This document shows positions 62,501 through 64,000 of a stretch of 64,000 nt of DNA, piece by piece. The stretch is from Candidatus Latescibacterota bacterium (lineage in GTDB: Bacteria > Latescibacterota > UBA2968). The stretch lies in contig OZ242311.1 in assembly GCA_965207885.1 (NCBI GenBank), forward strand, positions 5,184,001 to 5,248,000, read 5' to 3'. Numbering within the stretch: the first letter of the stretch is position 1; every line of letters begins with the position of its first letter. Position numbers and translations under genes: made by a program. The notes beneath the pieces were generated by a model. The model was given only the letters and a program-made list of their open reading frames with translations. It was not told the DNA's origin and did no database searches.

Positions 62501-63034
62501 TTTGTTGCTGTTGCTGCTGATGGAACCATACAAACGGTTAGTGCCCGCAGAAAAAAGAAAATACCGGCACTCATTATGCCACGAGGCATCGGAGATCGCT
62601 ATTATTGCACATTTAATTTGTGCAGGGCATTTTCATATAGCCATGTAGAGCTATATATACCGAATGATCTTTGGGAATCAGAAATGCACTACTGTCTATG
62701 GGCTTATCTAAATTCATCATTCGTTTGGCTTTTTCGAGAGATCACAGGAAGAAAAAATCTTGGAGGGGGTATGTTAAAAGCCGAAGCGACTGACATGAAG
62801 GCGTTGCCCGTAAATTTTGATTTCGACTTCGCCGACGCCGCGAAGGAAGTGTTCGACAGCATAAAACATAGAGAACCAATGTCTGTTGCTGAAGAAATTT
62901 CTACGGAAGAGCATTTGCTCATAGACGAGATGGTCGCTGAATATTTTGGTTTCTCAGACGTGCTGGAGAATATCAGAGTAGCTCTGGTTGACCAAGTAAA
63001 TTTCCGTCTGAACAGAGCGCGACCAGAAAAATAA
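59588..63034 (+). CDS. Eco57I/type IIG-like N6-adenine DNA methyltransferase with C-terminal TRD
   Basis: PFINGGLF, DPELLGKVFENLL, TGSYYTP, DPAVGSGAF, IGNPPY; ATGA overlap with helicase. Confidence 0.9.
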   Translation: MNDIAYKQKIAEALQRFRSGNLAQNARDLLNTLGYHSDLEMDIEPNTAKGFIAEFDLSDKMNRERAQIDDWVSIDLLFQLREEEITESDKIQIPFDNRQIDNTRIESYLFFALKLQNGNYTRTQLSNITREINKLTPMPAMMLFQHGQTLTFSIIDRRLHKRDESKDVLEKVTLIKDIDFNDPHRAHIEILFDLALEQLHKTQGVHNFVELHRAWAKTLDTEELNRQFYLKLFDWFEWAVSEAKFPSTLPVEQHVIRLITRILFVWFIKEKHLVAKEWFVRSEMDKLLKNFGQSDYYRAILQNLFFATLNTEMKHRQFSPQKRSGHRMFSKYRYRSLIANETRFMELMKQTPFINGGLFDCLDSEEATRDGGYRIDMFSDPDPIEYPAARRKAWRELHIPDDLFFDEQRGLFPLLKHYKFTVEENTPIEQEVALDPELLGKVFENLLAAYNPETRETARKQTGSYYTPRPVVDYMVNEVLVATLAEKYQPTDGDMAYWQERLRYLLNYESIFDDANELFEQEEAEGIVRAIAEIKVLDPAVGSGAFPMGILHTLTLALQRLDPDNKRWEALQKERARTKAGAAFDTEDDNVRREELLEINNTFKRYRDSDFGRKLYLIQNSIFGVDTQPIACQIAKLRFFISLAIEQETDEKTENFGIRPLPNLEMRFVAADTLIGLKGDPMLTSKKAQDLEQELNENREHYFHATTRDKKLACKNKDKALRRELARELENFGLPADDVHKIVQWDAYDQNAKAEWFDARKMFGISNGFDIVIGNPPYVESRNSLLSTELKNSYGNQVLTDWNETLQRGSDLLIYFYARSPKFLNDSGYGCFITQNAWLSTDYGQKFQKFSLGKFSFQKIIDTSAKFFSDVKSQNINAIITTFTKNLLQNIEYGVANSDMKITPKRIIDPKQTMKWGHLFSMPEFYLDILSNISANADMGNKITFGQGLNFSKSKLNEPGANVPVIVKDASFVAVAADGTIQTVSARRKKKIPALIMPRGIGDRYYCTFNLCRAFSYSHVELYIPNDLWESEMHYCLWAYLNSSFVWLFREITGRKNLGGGMLKAEATDMKALPVNFDFDFADAAKEVFDSIKHREPMSVAEEISTEEHLLIDEMVAEYFGFSDVLENIRVALVDQVNFRLNRARPEK

Positions 63035-63127
63035 CGCAAACCGTGGGGTGGAAAGGGAGATAGACCGGCTAGGTCTATGCGCTCTATGCCTGATGGCGAA
63101 AAAAATTGATATTGTGAGGAAAAGAGA

Positions 63128-64000
63128 ATGAGTGAACCCCTAAAAGTATTTATTACTTATTCGCATAAAGACAAAGCTGCAAAGAACACATTGATAGATC
63201 GCCTTGCTGTAATGGTACGACAAGACTTGATAACGATTTGGCACGATAACGAAATCCTCCCAGGCGACAGGTGGTATGAGGACATTTCCAACAACCTTAC
63301 TGATTCGGACATTCTACTCTACCTCGTCTCCGCTTCAAGTCTTGCATCTGAAAACTGCAACAAGGAATTGGCAGACGCATTAAGCGGAAAGATGAGAATC
63401 CTCCCCATTATCCTTGAGGATTGCGATTGGCAAGATCATCAACTCGGAGACATTGAAGCTCTTCCTGACAAAGGCAGAGCCATTAACGAATGGCAACCTG
63501 AGAGCAAAGGCTGGCAAAATGTGGTAGCGGGTCTCCGCAGGATCGTTGGTGAAATGCGAACTCAAGCATCTGATAGTGTCCAAAAAGAAACATTACATGA
63601 ATGGATGTTTCAACAGGGTAACTTTCTGATGATGATAGGGCAAATCGACAAGGCGATAGAAGCCTACTCACATTTAACTGAACGCAACACACACTCTGCC
63701 ACTACCTATAACAATCGCGGTGCTGCTTATCTCAACAAAGGCGCGTATGACCAAGCTATAGCAGACTGCAATAAGGCCATAGAACTTGAACCAGAGCTTG
63801 CCGATGCCTATAACAATCGCGGCATTGCGTACTTCGGTAAAGGCGCGTATGACCGCGCTATCGCAGACTACAACAAGGCCATAGAACTGAACCTAAAATC
63901 TGCCGAAGTCTATAACATCTTCGGTATTGCTGTTTCGGTGCAAGCTCATGTTCATATCCTTCTGCGCCTAAAATTTGCTAAAGCCTATAACAATCGCGGC
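63128..64000 (+). CDS. TIR-domain + TPR-repeat protein (partial, runs off window; not in ORF track)
   Basis: Hand translation: MSEPLKVFITYSHKD...IWHDNEILPGDRW...LYLVSASSLASENCNKEL...LPIILEDCDW...ALP; then TPRs YNNRGAAYLNKGAYDQAIADCNKAIEL. Confidence 0.9.
   Translation, partial: MSEPLKVFITYSHKDKAAKNTLIDRLAVMVRQDLITIWHDNEILPGDRWYEDISNNLTDSDILLYLVSASSLASENCNKELADALSGKMRILPIILEDCDWQDHQLGDIEALPDKGRAINEWQPESKGWQNVVAGLRRIVGEMRTQASDSVQKETLHEWMFQQGNFLMMIGQIDKAIEAYSHLTERNTHSATTYNNRGAAYLNKGAYDQAIADCNKAIELEPELADAYNNRGIAYFGKGAYDRAIADYNKAIELNLKSAEVYNIFGIAVSVQAHVHILLRLKFAKAYNNRG

Noticed and set aside
56274-63034. Calling the locus DISARM or BREX
   Set aside because: Core drmA/drmB and pglZ/brxC genes are not present in the window
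63705-63999. Recurrent 16-mer resembling a CRISPR or DGR repeat
   Set aside because: In-frame TPR coding repeats at 102-nt periodicity; no cas or reverse transcriptase gene in the window

Overview
Gene-dense bacterial chromosomal window with no rRNA, tRNA or CRISPR array seen. The gene content (many Gfo/Idh/MocA oxidoreductases, PhyH dioxygenases, sulfatase, heparinase II/III, a DUF6785-type membrane protein, TIR-TPR) suggests a Latescibacterota/Poribacteria-like heterotroph; this is an inference only. It carries housekeeping genes (coaX, glcB, purE, purD, a pyrH paralog, argG, truC, FKBP), carbohydrate/amine catabolic genes and a Pot-type ABC transporter with a duplicated binding protein. 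Two mobile elements have readable ends: an IS4/IS10-like IS (764-1960, 17-bp IRs, 9-bp TSD) that interrupts a secreted-protein gene, and a tnpB-only IS200/IS605 element (about 21637-23143). A defence-island start lies at the right edge (PLD-SNF2 helicase, Eco57I-like m6A methyltransferase, TIR-TPR running off the window). The best candidate for an undescribed system is a tightly coupled three-gene unit at 36432-40073: a Cys-cluster MoxR AAA+ ATPase, a stand-alone GXGXG (FwdC/GltB-C-like) beta-helix protein, and a vWA protein with a degenerate zincin (HGVGH) N-terminus. All family calls come from motif recognition by eye; no database searches were run.
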